Shown here: piece after piece, positions 27,075 to 36,984 of the stretch | Numbering within the stretch: the stretch's first letter is position 1 | Layout: each line of letters starts with the position of its first letter | Source: an uncultured Gammaproteobacteria bacterium | Lineage (GTDB): Bacteria; Patescibacteriota; Patescibacteriia; Magasanikbacterales; GWA2-37-8 | Length of the DNA stretch: 64,000 nt | NCBI GenBank assembly: GCA_964510885.1 | Contig: CAZEDL010000001.1 | Span: 129,310 to 193,309, forward strand | Direction of reading: 5' to 3' | Made by a program: the position numbers and the translations under genes | Notes under the pieces: generated by a model | Database searches by the model: none | What the model was told of the DNA's origin: nothing | The model's input: the letters and a program-made list of their open reading frames with translations, nothing else

Positions 27075-27719
27075 CTATTTTACAATCAGCGTACCTCTCA
27101 TCGCGCCATGCCCGGCTCCACAGAAGACTGAGCAGGAAAAGGTGAACGTCCCACTTTTATCGGCCACAAACTCTGCCACGACTGTCTTCCCAGACTCGAT
27201 ATTAAGCGATAGGTTAAATTCAGGCAAACTGAAGCCATGAACGGTATCAGCGCTAGTTATCAGTAACTTTACTACGTCACCTCTATTCACCGTAATCGTA
27301 CTTGGTTCAAAGGCAAATTGTTTAGCGGTTAAATTGAAGGTTTTGGTTTCAGGCTTCGCTGGCGCTGGTACTGGCTCCGATTTTGGCTCGGGTTTAGATT
27401 CTGGCTGTGACTCTGCTTTTACTTTAACCTCCATGGCCCCATCAACCGATACGGCCGTTTTTTCTTGAGTGTTAGCAGCCTTATCTTCGATTTTAGACGG
27501 CTCTGTTTTTGCGTCTCCTGTCTCAGTCGCAGTTACCTCTGTTTTCTCCATCACTGCTGCATCATTTTCAGCTGGCGGGGGAGTTGTTGCTGTCGTTTCA
27601 ACTCCAGTTGAAGCACTCTCAGGAGGAGCAACCGTTACATTAGCGGTCGAAGAGCATCCTGCTCCGACCGTGACCAGCAAGGCTCCGGCCATAAATAGTC
27701 CGGCAACTTGTTTCTGCAT
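27075..27719 (-). CDS. Lipoprotein with C-terminal cupredoxin-like (copper-binding) domain
   Basis: Lipobox LVTVGAGC, a long acidic/Pro/Thr linker, and the C-terminal HGFSLPEFNLSLNIESGKTVVAEFVADKSGTFTFSCSVFCGAGHGAMRGTLIV. Confidence 0.65.
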   Translation of the reverse strand: MQKQVAGLFMAGALLVTVGAGCSSTANVTVAPPESASTGVETTATTPPPAENDAAVMEKTEVTATETGDAKTEPSKIEDKAANTQEKTAVSVDGAMEVKVKAESQPESKPEPKSEPVPAPAKPETKTFNLTAKQFAFEPSTITVNRGDVVKLLITSADTVHGFSLPEFNLSLNIESGKTVVAEFVADKSGTFTFSCSVFCGAGHGAMRGTLIVK

Positions 27720-27865
27720 ACATTAATATATTAATAATTAGCTACTCGTAGTATAGGGATAAAACACCATTTTTACAAGCCTTTAAAAAAGCTTGGGTAT
27801 CGGGTATACTATATAGAAAGCCATACACTGTGGTGATTTTTGATGCTAGAGAATAAAAGCTTACT

Positions 27866-28981
27866 ATGCTCACTTGGATTGAAGTCAACGCTGCAGCTAT
27901 TCGTCACAACCTTCGCCAATTTAGAAAAAAGATCGGGCCGCATGTTTTACTCATGCCGGTTATAAAACGCAATGCCTATGGGCATGGTTTTCTAGAAGTG
28001 GCGAGCATAGTAGCTGCGGAACCGGTTGTTGACCGAGTTTGCGTAGCCAGCCTTGAAGAAGCTGCCGTATTACTACGCAACGGTTTCAAAAAACCAATAA
28101 TCATTCTGAGTTTCTATGAACTATCTTCAAAAGAGTGCCTACTAGCGATAAAACGAGGTGTAGCCTTTCCAGTCTATTCACTGGAGCAAGCCAAAAAATT
28201 GAACCAGCTAGCAAAAACAGTCCGTACCAAGGCAGTACTGCATCTTAAAATCGATACTGGAACGTCACGACTTGGCGTGCTACCCTCGGAGGCTACGACT
28301 TTAGCTCGCTATATTACAAAACAACGATACCTTACTCTCGAAGGCCTGTGGAGTCATTTTTCTTCGAGCGAGCACAATCACACTGAAACCAAGCGGCAAG
28401 AAAAAATTTTTAATTCTGTTATTTCTGAATTAAGGCAGCAGGGGATAGAGCCACCACTCAAACATATCAGCTGTTCAGCCTCTACCATACTGTACCCAAG
28501 TACTCATTTTAATGCGGTGCGTATTGGCCTTAGCACCTATGGATTATACCCATCCGAGAGTTGCCGTCCAAACATTGCTCTAAAGGCAGCCCTATCCTGG
28601 CACACCAAGCTGATCCAGATAAAAAAGATCCCGACTGGAACAGCTGTTAGCTACGGTATGACCTACAAAGTCACCCGCCCCACAATACTCGGTGTTCTGC
28701 CAATTGGCTATTCAGATGGATACGACCGTTCCCTGTCTTCACGTGCAACTGTTCTCGTGCACGGTCGACGCTGTAGAGTTCTCGGTCGAATCTGCATGAA
28801 TTTAACCATGATCGATCTCACAGATTTGTCCTATATTCCACAGACCGGTGAAAAAGTTACACTGCTCGGTGGCACCGGTCCGAATACCATTACCGCCGAT
28901 GAACTGGCAAGTCTCGCTGGAACTATCAACTACGAAATTATTGACCGCCTTAATCCACTCATTCCACGCCGCGTCACCTAA
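27866..28981 (+). CDS. alr: Alanine racemase
   Basis: PLP-lysine motif PVIKRNAYGHG and the C-terminal beta domain. Confidence 0.85.
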   Translation: MLTWIEVNAAAIRHNLRQFRKKIGPHVLLMPVIKRNAYGHGFLEVASIVAAEPVVDRVCVASLEEAAVLLRNGFKKPIIILSFYELSSKECLLAIKRGVAFPVYSLEQAKKLNQLAKTVRTKAVLHLKIDTGTSRLGVLPSEATTLARYITKQRYLTLEGLWSHFSSSEHNHTETKRQEKIFNSVISELRQQGIEPPLKHISCSASTILYPSTHFNAVRIGLSTYGLYPSESCRPNIALKAALSWHTKLIQIKKIPTGTAVSYGMTYKVTRPTILGVLPIGYSDGYDRSLSSRATVLVHGRRCRVLGRICMNLTMIDLTDLSYIPQTGEKVTLLGGTGPNTITADELASLAGTINYEIIDRLNPLIPRRVT

Positions 28982-28984
28982 CCT

Positions 28985-30061
28985 ATGCGTCGTTATAGCT
29001 CAGCCATGCGTCCGAACTTCAAAAGCCAACGCCCTACCAAACGGCGGTCTATTTTTAGCATCTTTAAACGGCGGAAACATGCCCTTGCTGAGCGGCATAC
29101 GGTGCTGCATCAGGAATATTCAGGTGCTTTTATCCCTAGGCGACAGCGAATGATACAAGCTTCAGGCACCAGACTGAACCTTTGGCCGCTAATCCGAAAG
29201 CTCCTTTTGCCCGCACTCCTGCTAGCCTGGATTGGTTTAATGCTTTTTTTACCCTATTTTCGTATTAATAATGTAAGCTACTACGGCCTCAATATAGTAA
29301 AAAAAGATACGATTGATACCTATGTTAGAGGCAATGTTCTAGCATCTCGCTTCAGTTGGTGGCCGGCCAATAACTATTTTTTACTCGGGAAGAGCCGACT
29401 TGAGTCTAATCTCAAAAAACAGTTTTCTTTTGCCACGGTAACAGTTAAAAAAGTATTTCCGAATCGTATAATTGTTGATGTTACCGAGAAAATCTCAAGC
29501 ATCATCTATGATGATGGCCAAAATTATTACCTGCTTGATCAAAGCGGTCAAATTATAAAATTATTGCGGGCAGTGGGGGAGAGTGAACGCAAAACAGTGC
29601 TGATTTCAGCGCCGATAGTAGCGATTAGCAGCACCACCCCTACATTCACCGCTTCAAGTACAGCTGAAAGCCCTTCCAGTACCACCCGTATCGACCATAC
29701 CCCTAATAGCGCCAGTATCCACCAAGAATTTGGCAAATTCCCTGTTCTGTATGATAAACGTGACGAACCTTTAAATGCGGCTTCTAGCTCGGGAATGGTT
29801 CTATTTAACCCCATTGCAGTAAAAGGTATCCTTGATTGGCAAACCCTAGTGGAAGAACGGGGGATAGGGAGGATTAAATATTTTACGAGCCAACAGACCA
29901 CCCCAGGTATAACTACCGTTATAAACGAACCCTGGACTCTACAATTCGATCCTACCGGCGATCTAGAACAACAAGCCAGAAACATAGAGCTAGTCCTACG
30001 CGAGAATCGGCCAACGCAGTATATTGATGTGCGGTTTGGGGATCGGGTGTATTGGAAGTGA
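28985..30061 (+). CDS. ftsQ: Cell division protein FtsQ/DivIB-like (POTRA domain)
   Basis: Basic cytoplasmic N-terminus, TM segment (LLLPALLLAWIGLMLFL), POTRA segment YFRINNVSYYGLNIVKKDTID, and VFPNRIIVDVTEK. Confidence 0.6.
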   Translation: MRRYSSAMRPNFKSQRPTKRRSIFSIFKRRKHALAERHTVLHQEYSGAFIPRRQRMIQASGTRLNLWPLIRKLLLPALLLAWIGLMLFLPYFRINNVSYYGLNIVKKDTIDTYVRGNVLASRFSWWPANNYFLLGKSRLESNLKKQFSFATVTVKKVFPNRIIVDVTEKISSIIYDDGQNYYLLDQSGQIIKLLRAVGESERKTVLISAPIVAISSTTPTFTASSTAESPSSTTRIDHTPNSASIHQEFGKFPVLYDKRDEPLNAASSSGMVLFNPIAVKGILDWQTLVEERGIGRIKYFTSQQTTPGITTVINEPWTLQFDPTGDLEQQARNIELVLRENRPTQYIDVRFGDRVYWK

Positions 30062-30176
30062 TACGACTCAAAGCGGAGTGGGAAAAACAGAAAAACGAGC
30101 CAAAGGGTTAAAGCATGCTTAACGTCGTATAACATAGATTAAGAGACGTTAGAACCATTCCTATTTCTTAGATTCT

Positions 30177-31148
30177 ATGCAGAAATCAAATACTCCTATA
30201 ATCAAGCACTTCACCCCTTTTCTTGACTACTGCGAGGTAGAGAAAGGTTTGAGTCCTACCACTACGCGCAATTATCACAATTTCCTAAAAGTCTTTGCAG
30301 ACTGGCTCACTGAGCAAAAATTAACCACGCTTAAGCCGCATGACTTAACTCAGGAACATATTTGGAACTATCGACTATTCCTTTCCCGTCACAAAGACAA
30401 GCACACCAATCAGCCAATCAAAAAAACCACCCAAAACTACTACCTAATCGCTCTACGCAACCTACTTAGCTATTTAAGCATCCGCGACATTGCCGCTCTG
30501 CCATCTGATAAAATTCAACTACCAAAATTGACTGACAAAGATAAAGCTATAAAATTTCTCACCTATGATCAGGTAGAAAAGCTGCTATCAATGCCCGATA
30601 TTACTGATGAATCTGGCCTCCGTGACCGGGCCATTCTCGAGCTCCTCTTCTCCACCGGGATGCGTGTCTCGGAACTAACGTCGCTTAATATTAGGCTATT
30701 TGATAAAAATGCTATAATCAGCGGAAAAATAACTGATCTAGAGATAAGTATTAGCGGTAAAGGTGAATCTACGCGCACCGTATACTTCTCAACCCGGGCG
30801 CTCAAATGGCTGGGTGCATACCTCAAAACCCGTCAAAACGACCTCTACCCCCCTCTGTTCATTAATTACGCCAAAACCCAAAAAGATAATACCGAACGCC
30901 GACTCACTCCCCGCTCTATCGAACGCCTAGTGCGTCAATACACCAGCATGGCCGGTCTGCCAGTGGATGCCACCCCCCATACCCTGCGCCACAGCTTTGC
31001 TACCGACCTTTTGGATCAAGGAGCTGACATGCGCTCGGTGCAAGAACTGCTTGGGCACAAAAATATTGTTACCACCCAAATTTATACGCACGTGACCAAC
31101 AAAAAATTGCACGATATTCATACTAAATTCCATCGAGGGAATAAATAA
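30177..31148 (+). CDS. xerC: Tyrosine site-specific recombinase, XerC/XerD-like
   Basis: Catalytic residues in conserved context: RDRAILELLFSTGMRVSEL, HTLRHSFATDLL, LGHKNIVTTQIYTHV. An insertion of about 35 aa (LFDKNAIISGKITDLEISISGKGE) lies between the R box and the H box. Confidence 0.85.
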   Translation: MQKSNTPIIKHFTPFLDYCEVEKGLSPTTTRNYHNFLKVFADWLTEQKLTTLKPHDLTQEHIWNYRLFLSRHKDKHTNQPIKKTTQNYYLIALRNLLSYLSIRDIAALPSDKIQLPKLTDKDKAIKFLTYDQVEKLLSMPDITDESGLRDRAILELLFSTGMRVSELTSLNIRLFDKNAIISGKITDLEISISGKGESTRTVYFSTRALKWLGAYLKTRQNDLYPPLFINYAKTQKDNTERRLTPRSIERLVRQYTSMAGLPVDATPHTLRHSFATDLLDQGADMRSVQELLGHKNIVTTQIYTHVTNKKLHDIHTKFHRGNK

Positions 31149-31153
31149 ATCAT

Positions 31154-31822
31154 ATGCAACTACCCTTTGAAAAATTCGCTGGCGACATGAAGGTAGGGCT
31201 GTCATTACTCGGCATAGCCGAAAAACGATTAGTCGAGCGCTATGTGAGCAAAATCCCCGCCGGCATTGAGACGTACCACCTCACCATGACAACGGTGATC
31301 TGGAGCGGTTTAATCGTGCTCTTTGGATATCTCACCCAATACAATATCCACTGGCTCTGGGGTACCTCTGTCATGATTTTGGCCCAATATATTACCGACC
31401 TCTTTGATGGTGCCGTTGGCCGCTATCGCAATACCGGCCTGATTCGTTGGGGGTATTACATGGATCACTTTCTTGATTACATCTTCCTCTGTTCAATCTT
31501 AGTCGGATATTCCTTTTTATTTAACGATAAATTCAATTCCCTGTTCTTCATCCTCGTGGTATTTGGCGCCTTCATGGTCAATTCCTACCTGGCCTTTGCC
31601 GCTACCAATCAATTTAAAATTGAATATTTAAAAATCGGACCAACTGAGATCCGATTATTATTCATAATCATTAATACGCTTTTAATTTTTCTTCACAAGA
31701 CGTATCTGGTGTCATTTTTGCCAGCGGTGCTGGCATTTGCCATGATTGGCCTGGTGTATGCGGTGTATGATACGCAGAAGAAAATTTGGGAGAAGGATAT
31801 GGAGAATAAAAATAAACTGTAA
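31154..31822 (+). CDS. CDP-alcohol phosphatidyltransferase family protein
   Basis: DLFDGAVGRYRNTGLIRWGYYMDHFLD follows the D-G-x2-(A/G)-R-x8-G-x3-D-x3-D pattern. 6 TM helices. Confidence 0.7.
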   Translation: MQLPFEKFAGDMKVGLSLLGIAEKRLVERYVSKIPAGIETYHLTMTTVIWSGLIVLFGYLTQYNIHWLWGTSVMILAQYITDLFDGAVGRYRNTGLIRWGYYMDHFLDYIFLCSILVGYSFLFNDKFNSLFFILVVFGAFMVNSYLAFAATNQFKIEYLKIGPTEIRLLFIIINTLLIFLHKTYLVSFLPAVLAFAMIGLVYAVYDTQKKIWEKDMENKNKL

Positions 31823-31848
31823 AAACGTCTAATTTATAATAAAAAACC

Positions 31849-32664
31849 TTAAACCAGATCACTCGGATCCCAACATGTCCTCAAATTCTCATTCAATCCA
31901 TCAATCTTCAGTATCTCTTCCGCAGACAATTCGAACCCAAACACTTCGCTATTCTGCTCAATCCGCTCCGGGTTAGTCGATTTTGGTAAAATAATATTCC
32001 CTTTTTGAACATTCCAGCGTAACAAAACCTGAGCGTCAGATACAGCATGCTGAGTTGCGATCGCTCTGATCAGTGGTTCATCTTTACGTGCACCATGTAC
32101 CAATGGGCTATATGCCTCGAGCGCTATCCCCTGCCCAGTGCAATACTCGAGCAATTCTTTTTGATATAAATACGGATGAAATTCTACCTGATTCACCGCC
32201 GGCGTTACCTTGGCATACGTTTTAAGCTCTTCGAGATGGCGTACTGTATAATTGGACACCCCAATCGCCCGGCACACTCCCCTTTCACACAATTCCTCAA
32301 GCGCCCGCCAACTATCTTGGCGCGTACCCGTCTGTGGCCAATGAATCAAATATAAATCAATATAATCAACCGCTAATTTGAGACGCGACAAATCAAAGGC
32401 CCGCTTGGCCGAATCATACCCCTGATCCGCATTCCAGAGTTTGGTAGTAATAAAAATCTGCTCGCGCGGAATACCGCTCTCTCGAATGGCCTCCCCTACC
32501 TCGCGTTCATTGTCGTAAATCATTGCCGTGTCGAAATGGCGATATCCGGCCTCGAGCGCCGAGCGCACCGCCGTTTTTACCTCTGCCCCCTTGGCTTTCC
32601 ACGTACCAAGGCCGACCAATGGAATTTCTACTCCATTATTCAATTTTTTAGCAGGGATAGTCAT
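31849..32664 (-). CDS. Aldo/keto reductase (AKR family, DkgA-like)
   Basis: LGTWKA, YRHFDTAMIYDNE, ITTKLWN, IDLYLIHWP. Confidence 0.85.
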   Translation of the reverse strand: MTIPAKKLNNGVEIPLVGLGTWKAKGAEVKTAVRSALEAGYRHFDTAMIYDNEREVGEAIRESGIPREQIFITTKLWNADQGYDSAKRAFDLSRLKLAVDYIDLYLIHWPQTGTRQDSWRALEELCERGVCRAIGVSNYTVRHLEELKTYAKVTPAVNQVEFHPYLYQKELLEYCTGQGIALEAYSPLVHGARKDEPLIRAIATQHAVSDAQVLLRWNVQKGNIILPKSTNPERIEQNSEVFGFELSAEEILKIDGLNENLRTCWDPSDLV

Positions 32665-32666
32665 AG

Positions 32667-34022
32667 TTATTGCGGATCAAACACTGATCGCTCAAGCACA
32701 CGACGTTTCAAAAATTGCGAGATACGGCGCCCCCCATATACCGATGATAAAATCCCTACCCCATTACAACCAAGGTTATACATAAGTATCGGATTTTTTG
32801 GCTCTGGCCCTACTACTCGAAGACCAGTTGGCGTATAGGCCATCAGCCCATGCCACTCGAACAGGTAATCAATACTTTCATGTGGTGCATACTGGTAACT
32901 ACTGCGAATAAACGCATCCAGCTCGCGTTTGGCAGACTCTGGATATAGATGTCTATCACGGTGATACATCCCTTTGTGCTCCAAATCTTCCTCTGGGCCA
33001 CCTATGCAAATTAAATTTTCTTCACCATGTTCACGGTGAACAAAACGGCGACGAGTAAAATAATAGTATGGCGTGTCCTCGTTTATTCCGGGATTAGAAA
33101 AATAACTAATCGCCACCGGCTTATGGTCAGCGTGTTCCAAGTATGCTGACATATACCCTACCTTGGCATTTACACAGCTATGGAAGGCCGTATCGATATC
33201 CGCTCCGCCCGGGTAATTAAAAATCGTAAAATTCTGGAAGCCATTTGTGCAGAGCACGACCCGACTCGCATCCACTGAATACTCACCAATACACAGCATA
33301 GCCTGGCGTTTACTCAGGTGAATTTCTTTCACTGGGCTATGCTCATATAGCGAAAATCGATCCGGATAAGTGCTTAATAAATATTCGATAATATCTTCAC
33401 AAAACAAGGCACTGTTGAGACAACCTTTACGTGAAGCCAGTGCCCCAATATATCGCGTGTCAGTCGTTTCTATCATCTTTAAAATCTGTTCGTGCGGAAC
33501 GATAGCATAGAGCCCCTCGTATTCAGGAGCAATCCTGCATAATACTTCAGGAATATCGGCTACCAACACTTCTTCCACATTTAATCCAGCTTCACGCTGG
33601 AAAGACAGATTACGCAAGTGCAAATTAATTTGCTCCGTACTTGAACATCCGGCATATCCAGTACACACGCTAAGTGGAGTCGTAATCTTGGTGTCTTTAA
33701 AAATATCTTCAAGCAAATCCCATGCATGATAAATAGATTCCTGGGCCTTGGCTGCTAAATTGAGGCCATATTCATCGACCAAATGAGCAAACGGATGCTC
33801 AAAATAACTCACAATCTGGCCGGCATTATGGCCGGTAGCACCATGTGCCACTTTATACGCCTCAATCAGCGTAACTTTTTTAGCAGTATGCTTGAGCGCA
33901 AAGTAGGCAGTGGTCACCCCGGCAATACCAGCCCCGACAATTGCTAAATCAGTCTTGATATCTTTGTTGAGGACGCCATGGGTGCGTTTAAAAGTGAGTT
34001 GATGAATCCAAGGAGACTGCAT
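32667..34022 (-). CDS. FAD-dependent oxidoreductase, DAO/DadA-like
   Basis: Rossmann motif IVGAGIAGVTTAY. ATGHNAGQIV resembles the DadA SANAGQIS motif. 451 aa. Directly downstream of ddl, with 3-nt spacing. Confidence 0.7.
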   Translation of the reverse strand: MQSPWIHQLTFKRTHGVLNKDIKTDLAIVGAGIAGVTTAYFALKHTAKKVTLIEAYKVAHGATGHNAGQIVSYFEHPFAHLVDEYGLNLAAKAQESIYHAWDLLEDIFKDTKITTPLSVCTGYAGCSSTEQINLHLRNLSFQREAGLNVEEVLVADIPEVLCRIAPEYEGLYAIVPHEQILKMIETTDTRYIGALASRKGCLNSALFCEDIIEYLLSTYPDRFSLYEHSPVKEIHLSKRQAMLCIGEYSVDASRVVLCTNGFQNFTIFNYPGGADIDTAFHSCVNAKVGYMSAYLEHADHKPVAISYFSNPGINEDTPYYYFTRRRFVHREHGEENLICIGGPEEDLEHKGMYHRDRHLYPESAKRELDAFIRSSYQYAPHESIDYLFEWHGLMAYTPTGLRVVGPEPKNPILMYNLGCNGVGILSSVYGGRRISQFLKRRVLERSVFDPQ

Positions 34023-34028
34023 AAAAAA

Positions 34029-35132
34029 TTACTCAGAAACTGAAAATGATGTTTTAAGAGCTTTTTCACGATTATGACGCTCGATAGCCAACTGAATCAA
34101 GCGGTCAATCAGTACAGAATACGGGACCCCACTCACTTCCCATAATTTTGGATACATGCTAATTGGCGTAAAACCAGGCAAGGTATTAACCTCGTTCACT
34201 CGGAGCTCACCATTCTTCATAAGGAACATATCTACTCGCGACAACCCTTCAAGGCAGAGTGCCTTAAAAGTTTTTATGGATAAATCCTGAATATTTTTAA
34301 TGATTGCCGCCTCAAGTTTGGCTGGAATTTCAAAGGTGGCACCGTTTGGATCAATATACTTCGCCTCGTACGAATAAAATTCGTGTGTTGGCACAACTTT
34401 TCCGGGAAGTGATGCCTCGGGATGCTCGTTTCCAAGCACTGCACATTCCACTTCTTCGCCATTAACAGATTCTTCGATTAAAATTTTGCTGTCATACAAA
34501 AAAGCCACTTTAATTGCCTCTTTTAGGGCAGCTTCTGTTTTGGCTTTACTAACCCCGACAGATGAGCCGGCATTAGCTGGTTTTACAAATACCGGCAAAC
34601 CAAGGTGCTCTAAGACACGCTTAGTATCAATGACAGAAGTCGTATCAAAGCACAACCACTTAGCTACCGGGATATCGGCCCCTTTAAGAAGTCGTTTCAT
34701 CACATCTTTATCCATGCCAACCGCCGACCCAAGCACCCCAGCCCCTACAAATGGAACATCAAGCAACTTAAGGAGACCTTGCAAAGTTCCATCTTCGCCA
34801 TAGGTGCCATGCACAATCGGAAAGGCTACATCTATGGGTTTCACCTGGTTATCGGGGCTAAGCGAAATAAGTTGCCGACTATCCTGGCCCGGCACCACGG
34901 CAATTTCTTTAAAAGTAGTTTGATTAAGCTTAATAAGCTTAGGATTATTTTCATTTAGTAAAAAATTAGCGGCCGCAGCTGAGTACCATTTGCCCTCTTT
35001 ATCAATGCCAAGCGCCACGACGTCATACTTCTCTGGATCGAGCGCTGCTATAATATTTTTAGCTGATTGCAGTGACACTTCATGTTCTGCCGACCTCCCC
35101 CCAAATACCACACCCACTCTGATCTTATTCAT
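34029..35132 (-). CDS. ddl: D-alanine--D-alanine ligase
   Basis: VGVVFGGRSAEHEVSLQSA, ATP-grasp fold, and the C-terminal EVNTLPGFT. Confidence 0.9.
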   Translation of the reverse strand: MNKIRVGVVFGGRSAEHEVSLQSAKNIIAALDPEKYDVVALGIDKEGKWYSAAAANFLLNENNPKLIKLNQTTFKEIAVVPGQDSRQLISLSPDNQVKPIDVAFPIVHGTYGEDGTLQGLLKLLDVPFVGAGVLGSAVGMDKDVMKRLLKGADIPVAKWLCFDTTSVIDTKRVLEHLGLPVFVKPANAGSSVGVSKAKTEAALKEAIKVAFLYDSKILIEESVNGEEVECAVLGNEHPEASLPGKVVPTHEFYSYEAKYIDPNGATFEIPAKLEAAIIKNIQDLSIKTFKALCLEGLSRVDMFLMKNGELRVNEVNTLPGFTPISMYPKLWEVSGVPYSVLIDRLIQLAIERHNREKALKTSFSVSE

Positions 35133-35153
35133 AAAAAAGAAGTAAACAAGTAA

Positions 35154-35726
35154 CTATTTCATCTCCGGCATAAATTCACCAAGCGTAGTTTCCTCCTGTA
35201 AGAGCGACGCTGGATCTTTATCATTTATTGTCAACAAAATCGTATTCCGTGACATGTGTGGGTCATGGCAGAGCATGCTAGAACAGGTCATGCACGGCTT
35301 GAGTGTCGTTTCATGGGCATCTTTGTGATTAGGATCAGTATTAGTTTCGCGTGACGCTACGACCACTGCTATAATCGGGATGAGTTCATCGGTCTCCGTA
35401 GTTTGCGCAATAATAGACTCAAGTGTTGCCCGTTCCGCACACTGCTTAGGGATAATTTGCGCTCGCTTATCATTGTGGCCGTAAAAAATTTGTCCGCGCT
35501 CATTCATCATAGCGGCGCCTACATAAAAACCGCGGTACTGGGTTTCATCTTGCTCGGCTTGATTGCGGGCCTCAATTGCGCGCCGGATTAACAATTGTTT
35601 ATTAGCTTCAAATAACTCTCTGGCCTCAAACGGAAATAAATGCTCAGCGACACCGCTTTCCCTCTTAAGATCATCACTGCCAGGCGATATTTGATGACGA
35701 ACTTCGTTCATATCATTATTAATCAC
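35154..35726 (-). CDS. cdd: Cytidine deaminase (tetrameric CDA-type) with N-terminal extension
   Basis: GFYVGAAMMNERGQIFYGHN, the zinc ligand motif CAERATLESII and PCMTCSSML. Confidence 0.75.
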   Translation of the reverse strand: MINNDMNEVRHQISPGSDDLKRESGVAEHLFPFEARELFEANKQLLIRRAIEARNQAEQDETQYRGFYVGAAMMNERGQIFYGHNDKRAQIIPKQCAERATLESIIAQTTETDELIPIIAVVVASRETNTDPNHKDAHETTLKPCMTCSSMLCHDPHMSRNTILLTINDKDPASLLQEETTLGEFMPEMK

Positions 35727-36966
35727 CCAAATAAGACACTGGATTTACCGGTATACCATTAGCCCGGACTTCAAAATGAAGGTGAGGGCCGGTGACAAAT
35801 GGCCCCGCACCTACCGTACCCGGAGTGCCTCCAGAATACCCAATGACATCACCTTTGTTCACAAATTCATCCTCTGCAACGGAAATTTGGCTAAGATGGC
35901 CATAGACCGTGGAAATATTACCAGTGTGGATCAAGAGGACATACGCATAGCACGATGATGTAGCGCACTTACGAGCTCTCCCCACATACCCAGCCGCAGC
36001 TGCCTTCACTGGCGTACCTTGGGATGCGCGAATATCAATGGCACTATGTTCAAATACATTCCGGAACGGATAGGACGGATCGTGGAATTGCGCGGTAATG
36101 TAATGGCTCGGTACGGGCCAACTCATACTCACCTGGCCGGTCGGCTTGATTTTATCTTGCTCTGCTAATTTTTTACTCACCTGTTCTTCATACGAGCGTA
36201 CCTCATTTTCTACCACTTGGTACTGTTGCTTCAAACTCTTTAATAAAGTGGCATACTTAAGCTCCGAAGACCGAGTTTCAACCAGTAAATTTTGTTTTTG
36301 GCCATAGCGCTCACCAAGATCGTCGCGTTTCTGCTGGAGCTGTTCTTGCAGTTGCGCATACTCAGTACGCCGTGTCAGCACCTGCTTCTTGCGCGCATCA
36401 AGATCTTCTTTTGCCAAACGTAAATTTTTTACCGACCACCCGAGATCGCTATACACATTTTCAAGATACCGCACTTGGCTGTAAAAATCAGCAAAACTCT
36501 GATTGGTTGCCATGATCTCGAGATAACTACGCTGATCATCGGCCTGGATATTTTGAATAATTTTGGCGATCAATTGTTTTTGTTTGGTAATTACTTTTTC
36601 TTTTTCTGCAATTGAAATGGAGAGAATATCAATTTCATTCTGAGTTATACTAATTTTTTCTTTGGTCACTTCAATATCGGCCTCAACTACGGCCGTTTGG
36701 TTATCAATAATGCTCAATTGATTTTTGAGTGACACTGCTTCAGTCTGTTTTTGAACAATGTTTTTTTTATATTTCTCAATCGTTTGTTCTAATTCTTTAA
36801 TTTTGTCTTTTTGAGCTGCAATTTTACCGTTCAGCACCTTAATTTCTTGCTCTTTGGAGGTGTCTGCCGACACAAAAAAACCACTTCCGGAAAAAGTGAG
36901 TAAAAACCCAAGTATGAAGACGACTAAAAATAAAGTTCGTTTGGACATGGGGATAGTATAGCACAC
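35719..36966 (-). CDS. M23 family peptidoglycan metalloendopeptidase with N-terminal coiled coil (EnvC-like)
   Basis: Signal/TM segment, about 250 aa of coiled coil, and a C-terminal LytM domain with HTGNISTVYGH and GPHLHFEVR. Confidence 0.8.
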   Translation of the reverse strand: MCYTIPMSKRTLFLVVFILGFLLTFSGSGFFVSADTSKEQEIKVLNGKIAAQKDKIKELEQTIEKYKKNIVQKQTEAVSLKNQLSIIDNQTAVVEADIEVTKEKISITQNEIDILSISIAEKEKVITKQKQLIAKIIQNIQADDQRSYLEIMATNQSFADFYSQVRYLENVYSDLGWSVKNLRLAKEDLDARKKQVLTRRTEYAQLQEQLQQKRDDLGERYGQKQNLLVETRSSELKYATLLKSLKQQYQVVENEVRSYEEQVSKKLAEQDKIKPTGQVSMSWPVPSHYITAQFHDPSYPFRNVFEHSAIDIRASQGTPVKAAAAGYVGRARKCATSSCYAYVLLIHTGNISTVYGHLSQISVAEDEFVNKGDVIGYSGGTPGTVGAGPFVTGPHLHFEVRANGIPVNPVSYLGD

Positions 36967-36984
36967 TCCCCTCCCCCTGAAAAC

